Shown in pieces: positions 18,798-30,334 of a DNA stretch of 44,917 bases (positions are counted from its first letter, which is position 1; every line of letters begins with the position of its first letter). The notes below the pieces were generated by a model. The model was not told where the DNA came from and did not search any database. It saw only the letters and a list, made by a program, of their open reading frames with translations. Source of the stretch: an uncultured Gammaproteobacteria bacterium (GTDB taxonomy: Bacteria; Pseudomonadota; Gammaproteobacteria; Magnimaribacterales; D2472); the NCBI GenBank assembly GCA_964455855.1, contig CAYVYQ010000003.1:1-44917 (forward strand), written 5' to 3'. Both the position numbers and the translations under genes were made by a program.

Positions 18798-20042
18798 TTA
18801 AACTTTTATCGATGTAAATTTTGTATAGTCATGAAGGGCTTCAGGGATAGCAATCGTGCTTTTTTGATCAAAATTATTTTCAATAACTGCTATCAAAGCT
18901 CTTCCTGCTGCAAGTGCTGATCCATTAAGAGTATGGACCAATTTTGAGGTTCCCCCCTCTTTAAATCTAATTTTAGCTCTTCTGGCTTGAAAGTCAGTGC
19001 AATTTGAGCAAGATGAAATCTCTCTGAATGTTTCTTGGCTGGGTATCCAAACCTCTAGATCATATGTTTTGGCAGCAGAAAAACCTAAGTCTCCAGTACA
19101 TAATTCTACTACTTGATATGGAAGATTAAGCTCCTTTAGGACCGTTTCAGCATTGGAGGTAAGATTCTCTAGAGCCTCAAAGGATTTTTCAGGATGACAA
19201 ATCTGAACTAACTCCACTTTCTCAAACTGATGTTGGCGGATTAGCCCCTTAGTATCCTTGCCGTAACTACCTGCTTCTGATCGAAAGCAGCTGGTATGAG
19301 CTGAGAGCTTGAGTGGAAATGCTTTCATATCAAGAATTTGATCCCTATACATATTAGTTAAGGGGACTTCAGCGGTAGGAATTAAATAGTAATCATCAGT
19401 TAGCTGAAATAGATCCTCGGAAAATTTTGGTAGTTGGCCAGTTGAAGTCAAAGACTCAGAATTAGCTACCATTGGTAAATAATGTTCGGTATACCCATGC
19501 TCCTCAGCTTTATCAAGCATGAAGGCTATTAAGGCACGCTGCAATTTAGCTATTTGTCCGATTAGCACTGCAAAACGTGAGCCTGCTAAGAGGTTTGCTG
19601 ATTCTGTGTCAATCATTGAAGTAATCTCAAGATGATCTTTACCTTTTAAAATCTGTGGTTCTCCATAATCTCTTATTTTGATATTGTTTTCTTCGCTGGA
19701 ACCATTAGGAACAGAGTCAGCAGGTAGATTAGGAATATCTAGTAAAAATTCTTTAAGGCTTGATTGAATGTCATTCAATTTACTTGAGCATTTATCAAGC
19801 TCAGTCTTAATGGTCTCAATCTTGGAATTGAGAGCAGGATCATCCTTGCCCTCTTTTTTAAGCAATCCATATTCTTTTGAAAGAATATTGCGTTTGGCTT
19901 GAAGATCTTCAGTTTCAGTTTGATGCTTTTTTCGCTGAGCTTCTAAACGTTCATATGATTCAATATTAAAATCATAGTTCCTTGACTGTAAATTTTTTGC
20001 AACCATCTGAGGATCATCTTTTATTAAATTTGTATCAATCAT
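18798..20042 (-). CDS. serS: Serine--tRNA ligase
   Basis: LIPTAEVP, FRSEAGSYG, RQHQFEKVE, EISSCSN, HTLNGS. Confidence 0.98.
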   Translation of the reverse strand: MIDTNLIKDDPQMVAKNLQSRNYDFNIESYERLEAQRKKHQTETEDLQAKRNILSKEYGLLKKEGKDDPALNSKIETIKTELDKCSSKLNDIQSSLKEFLLDIPNLPADSVPNGSSEENNIKIRDYGEPQILKGKDHLEITSMIDTESANLLAGSRFAVLIGQIAKLQRALIAFMLDKAEEHGYTEHYLPMVANSESLTSTGQLPKFSEDLFQLTDDYYLIPTAEVPLTNMYRDQILDMKAFPLKLSAHTSCFRSEAGSYGKDTKGLIRQHQFEKVELVQICHPEKSFEALENLTSNAETVLKELNLPYQVVELCTGDLGFSAAKTYDLEVWIPSQETFREISSCSNCTDFQARRAKIRFKEGGTSKLVHTLNGSALAAGRALIAVIENNFDQKSTIAIPEALHDYTKFTSIKV

Positions 20043-20046
20043 TTGT

Positions 20047-20412
20047 TTAAGTAGTTTTAAATAAAGAATAAGCTAAAAATGTTCCTATCAGACATGAAGC
20101 GATCGATGCTACAACATAGATCAAGGCATTTAATTCCTTACCATTATATAGCAATTCAATTGTTTGCTGGGAGAAGGCAGACATGGTTGTAAAAGAGCCA
20201 AGAAATCCAATAATCAAAAAGAAATAAAGATTAGATTTGAAATCTGAGATTTGAGCCATAGCAATACCAATACAAAAACATCCAATAAAATTAACAAGCA
20301 TTATCCCAGTTGGAAACATAATCAATGAAGAATGTTTCATCAAATCATTGAGGAGGTATCTTAGAGGAGCTCCTAAAGCTCCGCCAAAAGCTATTAAAAA
20401 AAACTTTGTCAT
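20047..20412 (-). CDS. crcB: Fluoride channel Fluc/CrcB
   Basis: GGALGA..RY, VNFIGC, GFLGSFTTMS; position before serS. Confidence 0.93.
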   Translation of the reverse strand: MTKFFLIAFGGALGAPLRYLLNDLMKHSSLIMFPTGIMLVNFIGCFCIGIAMAQISDFKSNLYFFLIIGFLGSFTTMSAFSQQTIELLYNGKELNALIYVVASIASCLIGTFLAYSLFKTT

Positions 20413-20918
20413 AATGGCGTAAGTTCTATTCCATGCTCTACTCCAATGGAGTCTTTATATCGAATAAGATTTAATTTGTTATCTAAAAAAGAGAACGAAA
20501 TTAAATCAGAGCGATTTGTTGAAATAATCTGAAGAGTTGAATCGTCAATCTGGTTTATTGAATATCCTTTAGCGCTTTCATCTATCCCATCAATTAGAAT
20601 GTTAAGAAAAAAGTTATCGATATCATTAATATCAATGATTTGTTTTTGATCTAAAAATACATCATGAATTTCAAGCTTGCCATCCTCAACTCGATAATTT
20701 TCTTCAAACGGAGTTAACACATTAACCGTAACACCTGTCTTGTCAAAAAAGATTTTTCCAGTGGAAGTTTCAATCTTCAGGTCCGATTGGTTGAGTGACC
20801 TCTCAACAAATGAATAATTTTTTTTTAACTCGTTATTAAGTAAGTCTGATGGGTTTGAAGAGGCAGCAGCAAATACTGAAAAATTAAAAGTAAGTATTAA
20901 AAAAAATTTCGTAATCAT
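20409..20918 (-). CDS. lolA: Outer-membrane lipoprotein chaperone LolA (divergent)
   Basis: Signal peptide, beta-rich sequence, directly downstream of ftsK. Confidence 0.7.
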   Translation of the reverse strand: MITKFFLILTFNFSVFAAASSNPSDLLNNELKKNYSFVERSLNQSDLKIETSTGKIFFDKTGVTVNVLTPFEENYRVEDGKLEIHDVFLDQKQIIDINDIDNFFLNILIDGIDESAKGYSINQIDDSTLQIISTNRSDLISFSFLDNKLNLIRYKDSIGVEHGIELTPL

Positions 20919-23245
20919 TGCTGCTTTGGAACCAAGACTTCTCGACTACCGTTGCTGCCCATTTCAGATACTAAACCTGCCATCTCCATTGCCTCGATAA
21001 TTCTAGCTGCCCTGTTGTAGCCAATCCTGAGTTTTCTTTGTACTGCAGATATTGAAGCTCTTCGAGATTCTATGACAAAACTTACCGCTTCATCATAAAG
21101 CTCATCATTTTCATCAGAGGAATCAGAGTTATCTCCATCAGACCAACCTGGAATTGGTCCTGTCTCTTGTAATTCAGAGGTAATCTCTTCTAAGTAATTT
21201 GGCTCAGATTTCTGCTTCCAACTATCAACAACTCTGTGAACCTCATCATCACCAACAAATGCTCCATGAACTCTCTCTGGCACACCTTGACCAGCTGGTA
21301 AATACAACATATCGCCAGCACCAAGAAGCTGCTCGGCTCCCCCTTGATCGAGAATGGTCCTTGAATCAATTTTTGAAGATACCTGAAAAGCAATTCTGGA
21401 TGGGACGTTAGCCTTGATAAGTCCAGTAATAACATCCACCGAGGGTCTCTGTGTTGCTAAAATTAAGTGGATGCCAGCTGCTCTTGCCTTTTGAGCAATC
21501 CTTGCGATTAAATGCTCTACTTTCTTGCCAACAATCATGATCATGTCTGCAAATTCATCGACAACAACAACAATTGAGGGTAATTCCTCTAGCGGTATCT
21601 CCTCCTCTTCATTAAAAGGGTCTAGTAAAGGTGTGCCAGCCGCGTTAGCCTCAGCTACCTTTTGATTAAAAGCTGTCAAACCTCTAACACCCATTTCTGA
21701 CATTAATTTATATCTTCTATCCATTTCAGCAACGCACCACCTAAGCCCATTGGATGCGTCGGTCATATCAGTAATAACAGGAGTGAGGAGATGCGGTATA
21801 CCTTCGTATACTGAGAGTTCTAATATTTTTGGATCTATCATAATCAAACGTACTGCTTCTGGATCAGACTTGAACAATAGACTCAGCAACATAGCATTTA
21901 AACCAACAGATTTTCCTGACCCGGTTGTACCTGCTACAAGCAAATGAGGCATTTTTGCCAGATCAACTACTATTGGTTTTCCAGCTATATCATGACCCAG
22001 TGCCATAGATAAAGGCGAACTAGAGTTATGGAAAGTTTCAGAAGAAAGAATTTCTGTCAGTCGAACCATCTTTCTGTTGGTATTAGGTATTTCGATACCA
22101 ACAACTGATTTTCCTGGAATTACCTCAACCACCCTAACGCTCATGACTGCAAGAGATCTTGCTATATCTTGAGCGATATTTGTAATCTTGCTAGCCTTAG
22201 TGCCTGGAGCAGGTTGAATTTCAAATCTAGTTACAACTGGCCCAGGAATAACAGAAACAACTTTTGCCTCAACTCCAAATTCTTGCAGCTTAATTTCAAG
22301 CCTATCTGCCACTTCATCGAGCTGCTCTTTCGTAAGGGATGAGCCATCATCCAGCACTCTATCAAGAAGGTCTGTTGAGGGCATCTCTGAATTTACATTT
22401 TTTTCTTTAGGCTTGTAAACCGTTGATGTAGCCACTGATTCACTTTTAGGTGTGTCAGTTTTTGGTAACGGTTTAGAGACCTCTTGTGATTTAGTTTGTG
22501 TTTGAACTCCAGCTTGAGTTGATTTAGGTAGATTTAATTCCCTGGGTTTAGGCTCAATAACAGAACGTTCAACTAAGGGCTCATCCTTAGATTTAAGTTT
22601 TGATAAATCAATAGATTTCAAAGCATTAAGTAAGAATTTAAGCAGCCGAGTAAATTGAGCGCTAATCTCCAAAATTAGATATCTAGCTCCATTGCCAAGA
22701 GCATCAATAATGGATAACCAGGAGAATGAAAAGGTTAAAGAGATCGATACTAAAAAGAAAATTACTATAAAAATTAGAGAGCCAACAATTCCAAAAATAT
22801 TTGAAAGATTAGTAAAGATCAATGCACCCACCAGGCCGCCAGATGAAGATTGAGGAAAATAATCACCAGAATAATAAAATTCACACAATGCAGAAAATGA
22901 AGAAAGCAAGACAAGTGCTGAGGTAACTTTAATAACTTTATGAGTGTTATCAGATGGTTGATAAAAAAATAACTGCTTCACAGCAACAAATGACATAACC
23001 AACAAAAATAAATATGCACCTATGCCAATAACTGAAAATAAGGCATCAGAAAGATAAGCCCCAAAAGGTCCACCAAGGTTTTCTATTGAGCCAGATAGTG
23101 AACTGATTGATGAGAGACTTGGATCAAGTGAAGAATATGAAACAAGTGATATAAAAATATATAAAACTGAGCCAAGGCAAAAAAATGCAAAAACATTTTT
23201 CAGGGTGCCAGCTGATAAATTTGATTGCTCTGGTTTTTTAACGAT
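20915..23245 (-). CDS. ftsK: DNA translocase FtsK; start extended to a probable ATC at 23245
   Basis: Walker [18 protein letters not shown], gamma domain IGYNRAARI; frame stays open upstream of TTG 23005 and encodes SY..DPS...[12 protein letters not shown] of the FtsK membrane domain; AGGAG at 23256-23252. Confidence 0.95.
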   Translation of the reverse strand: MVKKPEQSNLSAGTLKNVFAFFCLGSVLYIFISLVSYSSLDPSLSSISSLSGSIENLGGPFGAYLSDALFSVIGIGAYLFLLVMSFVAVKQLFFYQPSDNTHKVIKVTSALVLLSSFSALCEFYYSGDYFPQSSSGGLVGALIFTNLSNIFGIVGSLIFIVIFFLVSISLTFSFSWLSIIDALGNGARYLILEISAQFTRLLKFLLNALKSIDLSKLKSKDEPLVERSVIEPKPRELNLPKSTQAGVQTQTKSQEVSKPLPKTDTPKSESVATSTVYKPKEKNVNSEMPSTDLLDRVLDDGSSLTKEQLDEVADRLEIKLQEFGVEAKVVSVIPGPVVTRFEIQPAPGTKASKITNIAQDIARSLAVMSVRVVEVIPGKSVVGIEIPNTNRKMVRLTEILSSETFHNSSSPLSMALGHDIAGKPIVVDLAKMPHLLVAGTTGSGKSVGLNAMLLSLLFKSDPEAVRLIMIDPKILELSVYEGIPHLLTPVITDMTDASNGLRWCVAEMDRRYKLMSEMGVRGLTAFNQKVAEANAAGTPLLDPFNEEEEIPLEELPSIVVVVDEFADMIMIVGKKVEHLIARIAQKARAAGIHLILATQRPSVDVITGLIKANVPSRIAFQVSSKIDSRTILDQGGAEQLLGAGDMLYLPAGQGVPERVHGAFVGDDEVHRVVDSWKQKSEPNYLEEITSELQETGPIPGWSDGDNSDSSDENDELYDEAVSFVIESRRASISAVQRKLRIGYNRAARIIEAMEMAGLVSEMGSNGSREVLVPKQQ

Positions 23246-23303
23246 GATTAACTCCTGTTATCGATATTATATTGAGATATAGCTTATTTAGTATAAAAGA
23301 TAA

Positions 23304-24272
<969 letters not shown>

Positions 24273-24404
24273 TTACTGACCAGAAACCCAGAAAACCATA
24301 CCGACAACAAAAACTGCTATAAGTATTAGCGCAACCCTTGAATCTGATTTGCTGTCTTCGTTAGCCTCTCTTGAATCAAAATATTCATCATATTTATCTG
24401 ACAT
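24273..24404 (-). CDS. Small membrane protein, 43 aa (not in ORF track)
   Basis: MSDKYDEYFDSREANEDSKSDSRVALILIAVFVVGMVFWVSGQ; GGAG SD; starts 2 nt after the acuI stop and fills the gap to trxB. Confidence 0.75.
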   Translation of the reverse strand: MSDKYDEYFDSREANEDSKSDSRVALILIAVFVVGMVFWVSGQ

Positions 24405-24406
24405 AA

Positions 24407-25390
24407 TTATTCTCCATGTGTTAAAACTACTCTACCTTGTTGACCGCCCTTTAAAATAAGATCAATCTCTTGTTGTAAATTTTCTTTTGTAACAATCTTT
24501 ATCATTGGCGATAGGTCTAACTTCCATTCGTCAGCAAATTTTTGCCAAATACTGCTTTTAAAATCTATTGCTGATTCAGCCGAATCAATGCCGCAAAGTG
24601 AAATACCCCTTAAGATAAATGGAAATACTGTTGTATTGACTTCGATACCAGCAACATTGCCACAGCATGCAACAACACCATGAGGTGAAATTTGAGGAAG
24701 CATTTTACTCAACACATTGCCGCCAACTGTATCGATGGCACAGGAAAACAAAGGTCTTTCCATGGCTTTAGAAGGAGCCTCCAAATAATCATCACGCATG
24801 ATGACATTAGCAGCGCCAATTGATTTCAGAAACTCAACAGAAGAAGATTTTCCAGTCAATGCAGAAACCTCTTTCCCTAGCTTCGACATAAGCATCACGC
24901 CTATTGAACCAACTCCTCCAGTTGCCCCTGATACCAAAACAGGCAGGTCTGACTCATTTGAAGATTCGAATATTTTTAATACGCTGGCTGCAGCAGTTAA
25001 GCCTGCAGTACCTATGGACATAGCTTCTAAGTTTGTTAAGTTGTCTGGTTTTTTGACGACCCATTCAACTGGTACATTAATGTACTCTCCGAAACCACCT
25101 GGAGTATTCATACCCATATCATAGCCAGTCACTATGACTTCATCTCCCTCAGTAAATTGCAAAGAGTTGCCGTCAGAAATAACTCCTGCAGCGTCAATCC
25201 CTGGAACAAATGGATAATGCCTTGTCACTCCTTTATTGCCAGATGCAGATAATGCATCCTTATAATTTAATGAGGAATGAGATACTTTTATTTGAACAAA
25301 ACCATCAGCTGGCTTTTCAAGCTCAAGTTCAGATATTGAGGCAGAAAACTCACCCTCAATCTCCTCAACATAATATGCTGAGTATTGCAT
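24407..25390 (-). CDS. acuI: YhdH/AcuI family acryloyl-CoA reductase (MDR)
   Basis: SSLNYKDAL, PGIDAAG, GTAGLTA, GATGGVGS, FPFILRG, GIDS. Confidence 0.88.
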   Translation of the reverse strand: MQYSAYYVEEIEGEFSASISELELEKPADGFVQIKVSHSSLNYKDALSASGNKGVTRHYPFVPGIDAAGVISDGNSLQFTEGDEVIVTGYDMGMNTPGGFGEYINVPVEWVVKKPDNLTNLEAMSIGTAGLTAAASVLKIFESSNESDLPVLVSGATGGVGSIGVMLMSKLGKEVSALTGKSSSVEFLKSIGAANVIMRDDYLEAPSKAMERPLFSCAIDTVGGNVLSKMLPQISPHGVVACCGNVAGIEVNTTVFPFILRGISLCGIDSAESAIDFKSSIWQKFADEWKLDLSPMIKIVTKENLQQEIDLILKGGQQGRVVLTHGE

Positions 25391-26160
25391 TATCTTGGCT
25401 TCATTCTCATGGCAGAATCAAGCCTAATGGTTTCACCATTTAGATAAGTGTTTTCAACTATGTGTGCTGCCAAATTACCAAATTCAGATGGAATACCAAA
25501 TCTATGAGGAAATTGAGTTGATTCAAGCAAAGGGTCTCTTACTTTTTCTGGAGCCATTTTCATTAAAGGCGTGTCAAAAATACCCGGTGCAATGGTGTTA
25601 ACTCTGATTCCGTGTCTTGCAAGATCTCTCGCGGCAGTAAGAGTTAAGCCAATCACGCCAGCTTTTGATGCGCTATAGGCTGATTGTCCAATTTGCCCTT
25701 CATACCCTGCGATGGAGGCAGTGTTAATGATTACGCCTTTTTCACCATCTTCTCCAGCTTCATTTTTATCCATAAGTTCAGCAGCCAAACGCATAACATT
25801 GAATGTTCCAACTAAATTTAAATCAATAATAAATTTAAAATGATCCAAAGGATGAGGTGCGTCTTTACCAATAATTCTTGCGCCATATCCAGTTCCAGCG
25901 CAGTTAATTGCAACGTGCAATTTACCAAAAGCTTCTTTGATTTTTGACATTGCATCCATGACAGGCTGCTCTTCCATAATATTCGTATTAATGTATTTAA
26001 CATTATCGTTGCCAAGTTCATCACATATAGCTTTTGCATTATCGTCATTGATATCCAGAATCATGACTTTTGCACCCTGAGATACAAAGTGTCTAGTTGA
26101 TGCTTCACCCAAACCTGATGCGCCACCTGTGATTGCTATAACTTTATCTTTTAGTTCCAT
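25390..26160 (-). CDS. 3-hydroxyacyl-CoA dehydrogenase type 2 (HSD17B10-like SDR)
   Basis: TGGASGLG, GQIGQSAYSASK, YLNGETIRLD. Confidence 0.9.
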   Translation of the reverse strand: MELKDKVIAITGGASGLGEASTRHFVSQGAKVMILDINDDNAKAICDELGNDNVKYINTNIMEEQPVMDAMSKIKEAFGKLHVAINCAGTGYGARIIGKDAPHPLDHFKFIIDLNLVGTFNVMRLAAELMDKNEAGEDGEKGVIINTASIAGYEGQIGQSAYSASKAGVIGLTLTAARDLARHGIRVNTIAPGIFDTPLMKMAPEKVRDPLLESTQFPHRFGIPSEFGNLAAHIVENTYLNGETIRLDSAMRMKPR

Positions 26161-26237
26161 TTAATCTCTCCTAATTGAACAAGAATTATACCTAGCTATT
26201 TAAAAAAATGATTGCATTAGAAGTTGAAAAATCTAAT

Positions 26238-26253
26238 TGGCACAATAATTGCA
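26238..26253 (+). promoter_or_regulatory. Sigma54 -24/-12 promoter of porin-glnK-amt
   Basis: TGGCACAATAATTGCA, GG-N10-GC. Confidence 0.8.
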
Positions 26254-26293
26254 TTAACAAATATGTAACTTCATAAAAATTATAGGAGAAATT

Positions 26294-26884
26294 ATGAAAA
26301 GATTATTATTACTAGTGGGTATGCTTGCTATGCCCTCGTTTGCAGCCGTAAGTGCAAATGTAGCATTTGCTTCAGATTATGTTTGGAGAGGCATGACACA
26401 AAGCGACGGTCCTGCTATTCAAGGTGGTTTTGATTTTGAAGCAGAGTCTGGTTTCTATGCTGGTATCTGGGGTTCAAATGTCAATTTCAATGATGGTGCT
26501 GGTAGTGAATTAGACTATTACGCAGGCTATGGCTTTTCACTTGGTGATGTTGGCGTTGATATTGGATACATAGCTTTTGATTATCCTGAAAATGAAACCG
26601 GTCTTGATTTTGAAGAAATTTACTTAGGCTTAAGTTTTGGAGACTTTGGATTAACCCTAGCTTCTGGTCAAGATGGAGCACCAGATTACACAGAATTTTC
26701 ATATGCATTCGGTCCTGTATCTGTTGCCTATGGCGAATATGATGATTATGGAGATAACACAACTATCAGCTATGGGTTTACTTGTGGCTCATTTGATTGC
26801 GGTATTACTGCATATGATTTTAGTGATGGGGGATATGGTGCAGATGAAGATGGCATATTCTTCTCAATTTCTGCAAGCCTATAA
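26294..26884 (+). CDS. TorF-family putative porin (TIGR02001-like)
   Basis: Signal peptide; SDYVWRGMTQS, PAIQGGFD, GFYAGIWGSNV, ELDYYAGY; usual position before glnK-amt. Confidence 0.88.
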   Translation: MKRLLLLVGMLAMPSFAAVSANVAFASDYVWRGMTQSDGPAIQGGFDFEAESGFYAGIWGSNVNFNDGAGSELDYYAGYGFSLGDVGVDIGYIAFDYPENETGLDFEEIYLGLSFGDFGLTLASGQDGAPDYTEFSYAFGPVSVAYGEYDDYGDNTTISYGFTCGSFDCGITAYDFSDGGYGADEDGIFFSISASL

Positions 26885-27226
<342 letters not shown>

Positions 27227-27240
27227 TTAAGGAGATTAAT

Positions 27241-28521
27241 ATGGAAGAAATGAAATTTGCATTAGATACTTTCTACGCAATTATGTCAGGAGCATTGGTC
27301 ATGTGGATGGCTGCTGGATTTACCATGCTTGAAGCAGGCTTAGTCCAAAAGAAAGATGTTTCTGAAATCGTCACTAAAAACCTAGGTTTGTTTTCTATAG
27401 CATGCGTCATGTACCTTGTTTGTGGTTTTGTTCTCATGTACCCCGCTGAACCTGTCCTTGCTATCTCTGGTGGATTAGATGAGGCTGGTGAAGCTATTCT
27501 ATATGGAATCTTACCTGCCATCGGAACATCCTGGGGTCTTAGCACTGACATGCCTCTTGAAGAAATAGGTATGGCTTATGCGATGGATTACTCCCAGCAA
27601 GCTGACTTCTTTTTTCAGGTGGTGTTTGTTGCAACTGCTATGTCAATTGTTTCAGGTGCTGTAGCTGGAAGAATGAAGTTAATACCTTTCTTTATTTTTA
27701 CAGTTATCCTGACTGCGTTCATATACCCTGTTCAAGGATACTGGAATTGGGGTGGTGGTTTTTTAAGTACCCTTGGTTATTCTGATTATGCGGGCTCTGG
27801 CACAGTTCACCTTCTTGGTGCTGCTGCAGCGCTGGGAGTTGTAACTTTGCTTGGTGCTAGAAATGGAAAATATGGCTCAGACGGGTCTATCAACCCTATG
27901 CCAGGATCTAATATTCCTTTAGCTGCTTTAGGTGTTCTTATCTTATGGCTAGGTTGGTTCGGTTTTAATGGTGGTTCAGAGCTTGTAATTAGCGATGAAG
28001 CAAGCGCAATTGCTGTTAGCCAAGTTTTCATGAACACAAATATGGCTGCCGCTGGCGGTGTTATTGGTGCTCTAGTTTTAAGTTTAGCTCTCACTGGAAA
28101 AAGTGATGTCACAATGGTGATTAATGGAGCTATTGCTGGATTGGTAGCTATAACTGCTGGACCAAGCGCTCCAAGTGGAGGAGAGTCAGTGATTATTGGT
28201 TTTCTTGGTGGGTTATTGGTCTATGCATCGATTCTTTACTTTGACTCAAAATTAAAAATTGATGATCCAGTAGGCGCAATATCAGCTCATGGAATCGTGG
28301 GTATCTTTGGGGTGATGGTGGTTCCATTCACAAATACTGAAGCAACATTTTTAATGCAATTTATAGGTGTACTATCTATTGCTGGATTTGGTTTCATTGC
28401 AAGTTACGGAGCTGTCTATGTAATTAATATGTTTATGCCTATCAGAGCAACAGATGAAGAGCAGGCCTTGGGGCTTGACGCTTCTGAAATTGGAGTTGAA
28501 GCATATCCAGAGTTTAAATAA
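27241..28521 (+). CDS. amt: Ammonium transporter (Amt, non-AmtB subfamily)
   Basis: MAAGFTMLEAG, FFQVVF, DYAGSGTVH, GWFGFNGGS, DDPVGAISAHG. Confidence 0.96.
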   Translation: MEEMKFALDTFYAIMSGALVMWMAAGFTMLEAGLVQKKDVSEIVTKNLGLFSIACVMYLVCGFVLMYPAEPVLAISGGLDEAGEAILYGILPAIGTSWGLSTDMPLEEIGMAYAMDYSQQADFFFQVVFVATAMSIVSGAVAGRMKLIPFFIFTVILTAFIYPVQGYWNWGGGFLSTLGYSDYAGSGTVHLLGAAAALGVVTLLGARNGKYGSDGSINPMPGSNIPLAALGVLILWLGWFGFNGGSELVISDEASAIAVSQVFMNTNMAAAGGVIGALVLSLALTGKSDVTMVINGAIAGLVAITAGPSAPSGGESVIIGFLGGLLVYASILYFDSKLKIDDPVGAISAHGIVGIFGVMVVPFTNTEATFLMQFIGVLSIAGFGFIASYGAVYVINMFMPIRATDEEQALGLDASEIGVEAYPEFK

Positions 28522-28533
28522 TTAACTCTTCCT

Positions 28534-28564
28534 GATAACCGCCGACATCCAGTTGGCGGTTATC
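28534..28564 (+). terminator. Stem-loop after the first amt (probable terminator, weak U tail)
   Basis: GATAACCGCCGAC-ATCCA-GTTGGCGGTTATC, 13-bp stem with one G-U pair. Confidence 0.7.
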
Positions 28565-28565
28565 T

Positions 28566-28623
28566 TGCATCCAACCGGTGCACAAAGTTTAAGACGCAAC
28601 TTAAATTTCCCCAAAATAGTTCA
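28566..28623. promoter_or_regulatory. NtrC-type binding sites
   Basis: TGCATCCAACCGGTGCA (28566-28582) and weaker TTCCCCAAAATAGTTCA (28607-28623) versus consensus TGCACCA-N3-TGGTGCA. Confidence 0.65.
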
Positions 28624-28640
28624 AAATAGCCATTATAAGT

Positions 28641-29032
<392 letters not shown>

Positions 29033-29047
29033 AAAATAGGAGAAAAA

Positions 29048-30334
29048 ATGAAATTATTTAATATCTGTCTTGTTATATTTACCACCCTTCTTTCTCCAAC
29101 GCTGCTCTCGGCAGAGATTAACTCTGGAGACACAGCATGGATTCTTACAGCTACTGCCCTAGTTCTGTTTATGACCCTTCCAGGGTTGGCGCTATTTTAT
29201 GGTGGGCTGGTAAGAAATCAGAATATTTTGTCTGTTCTTATGCAGTGCTTTGCTATTTGCTGCATCGTGTCTGTTATTTGGGTCATCTACGGTTATAGCC
29301 TAGCTTTTACGGGTGCTGGCTCCATTATTGGTGGGACTGATGCCCTTTTCTTATCAAGCCTGATGAGAGAATCTGCTTCAGGCACTTTGCCAGAGAGTTT
29401 ATTTGTTGTATTCCAAATGACCTTTGCAGTGATTACCCCTGCGTTAGTTGTAGGAGCATTTGCAGAAAGAATGAAGTTTAGTGCCATGTGTATATTTACT
29501 GTACTTTGGGTAACTTTAGTTTACTTGCCAGCCTGCCATATGGTTTGGGGCGGCGGTTATCTTGGAAGCATAGGGGTTATTGATTTTGCAGGTGGATTAG
29601 TGGTTCACGCTACTTGTGGAATTGGTGCTTTAGTTGCTGCAATGATGCTGGGACCAAGAAAAGGTTTTCCTGGAGGATCACTTGTGCCTCATAACAGACC
29701 AATGGTAGTAATGGGTGCGGCTATGCTTTGGGTAGGATGGTTTGGATTTAATGGTGGAAGCGCTGTTGCCGCAGACTCTAGTGCCGCTATGGCTATTCTT
29801 GTTACTCACATCAGTGCAGCTGTTGGAGCTTTGACTTGGATGTCAGTGGAATGGATCAAAACAGGTAAGCCAACAGTTGTAGGTATAGCCACCGGCATGG
29901 TTGCCGGGCTAGCCACGATAACTCCTGCATCTGGAACAGTTGGACCTCAAGGTGCATTATTGATTGGATTATTGGCTGGTTTGGTTTGTTTCTATGCAAC
30001 TCAACTAATTAAAGGTTACTTTAAAATTGATGATTCTTTAGATGTTTTTCCAGTTCATGGAGTTGGGGGTATCTTAGGAATTCTCATGCTAGCTTTTGTT
30101 GGGAAGCCAGATGGATTCCTTGGAGCAGGAGCAGCTGGATTTGATCCAAGTGTCTTTGAACAATTTATGATTCAACTTCAAGGTGTTGTGGTTATATGCG
30201 CTTGGACTCTTGTCTTTTCTTGGATTGCCTTAAAGATTACATCATTCATGGCTGATTTAAGAGTGAGCGATGAAAATGAACACGAGGGTTTAGACTTAAC
30301 TGAGCATAACGAAAGTGCATATCACACGAACTAA
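29048..30334 (+). CDS. amtB: Ammonium transporter AmtB
   Basis: Signal peptide, SGDTAW, PGLALFYGG, DFAGGLVVH, GWFGFNGGS, DDSLDVFPVHG. Confidence 0.97.
   Translation: MKLFNICLVIFTTLLSPTLLSAEINSGDTAWILTATALVLFMTLPGLALFYGGLVRNQNILSVLMQCFAICCIVSVIWVIYGYSLAFTGAGSIIGGTDALFLSSLMRESASGTLPESLFVVFQMTFAVITPALVVGAFAERMKFSAMCIFTVLWVTLVYLPACHMVWGGGYLGSIGVIDFAGGLVVHATCGIGALVAAMMLGPRKGFPGGSLVPHNRPMVVMGAAMLWVGWFGFNGGSAVAADSSAAMAILVTHISAAVGALTWMSVEWIKTGKPTVVGIATGMVAGLATITPASGTVGPQGALLIGLLAGLVCFYATQLIKGYFKIDDSLDVFPVHGVGGILGILMLAFVGKPDGFLGAGAAGFDPSVFEQFMIQLQGVVVICAWTLVFSWIALKITSFMADLRVSDENEHEGLDLTEHNESAYHTN

Noticed and set aside
23006-23257. ftsK as a 5'-truncated pseudogene or a long non-coding leader
   Set aside because: Frame is open and encodes the conserved FtsK membrane domain behind a good SD
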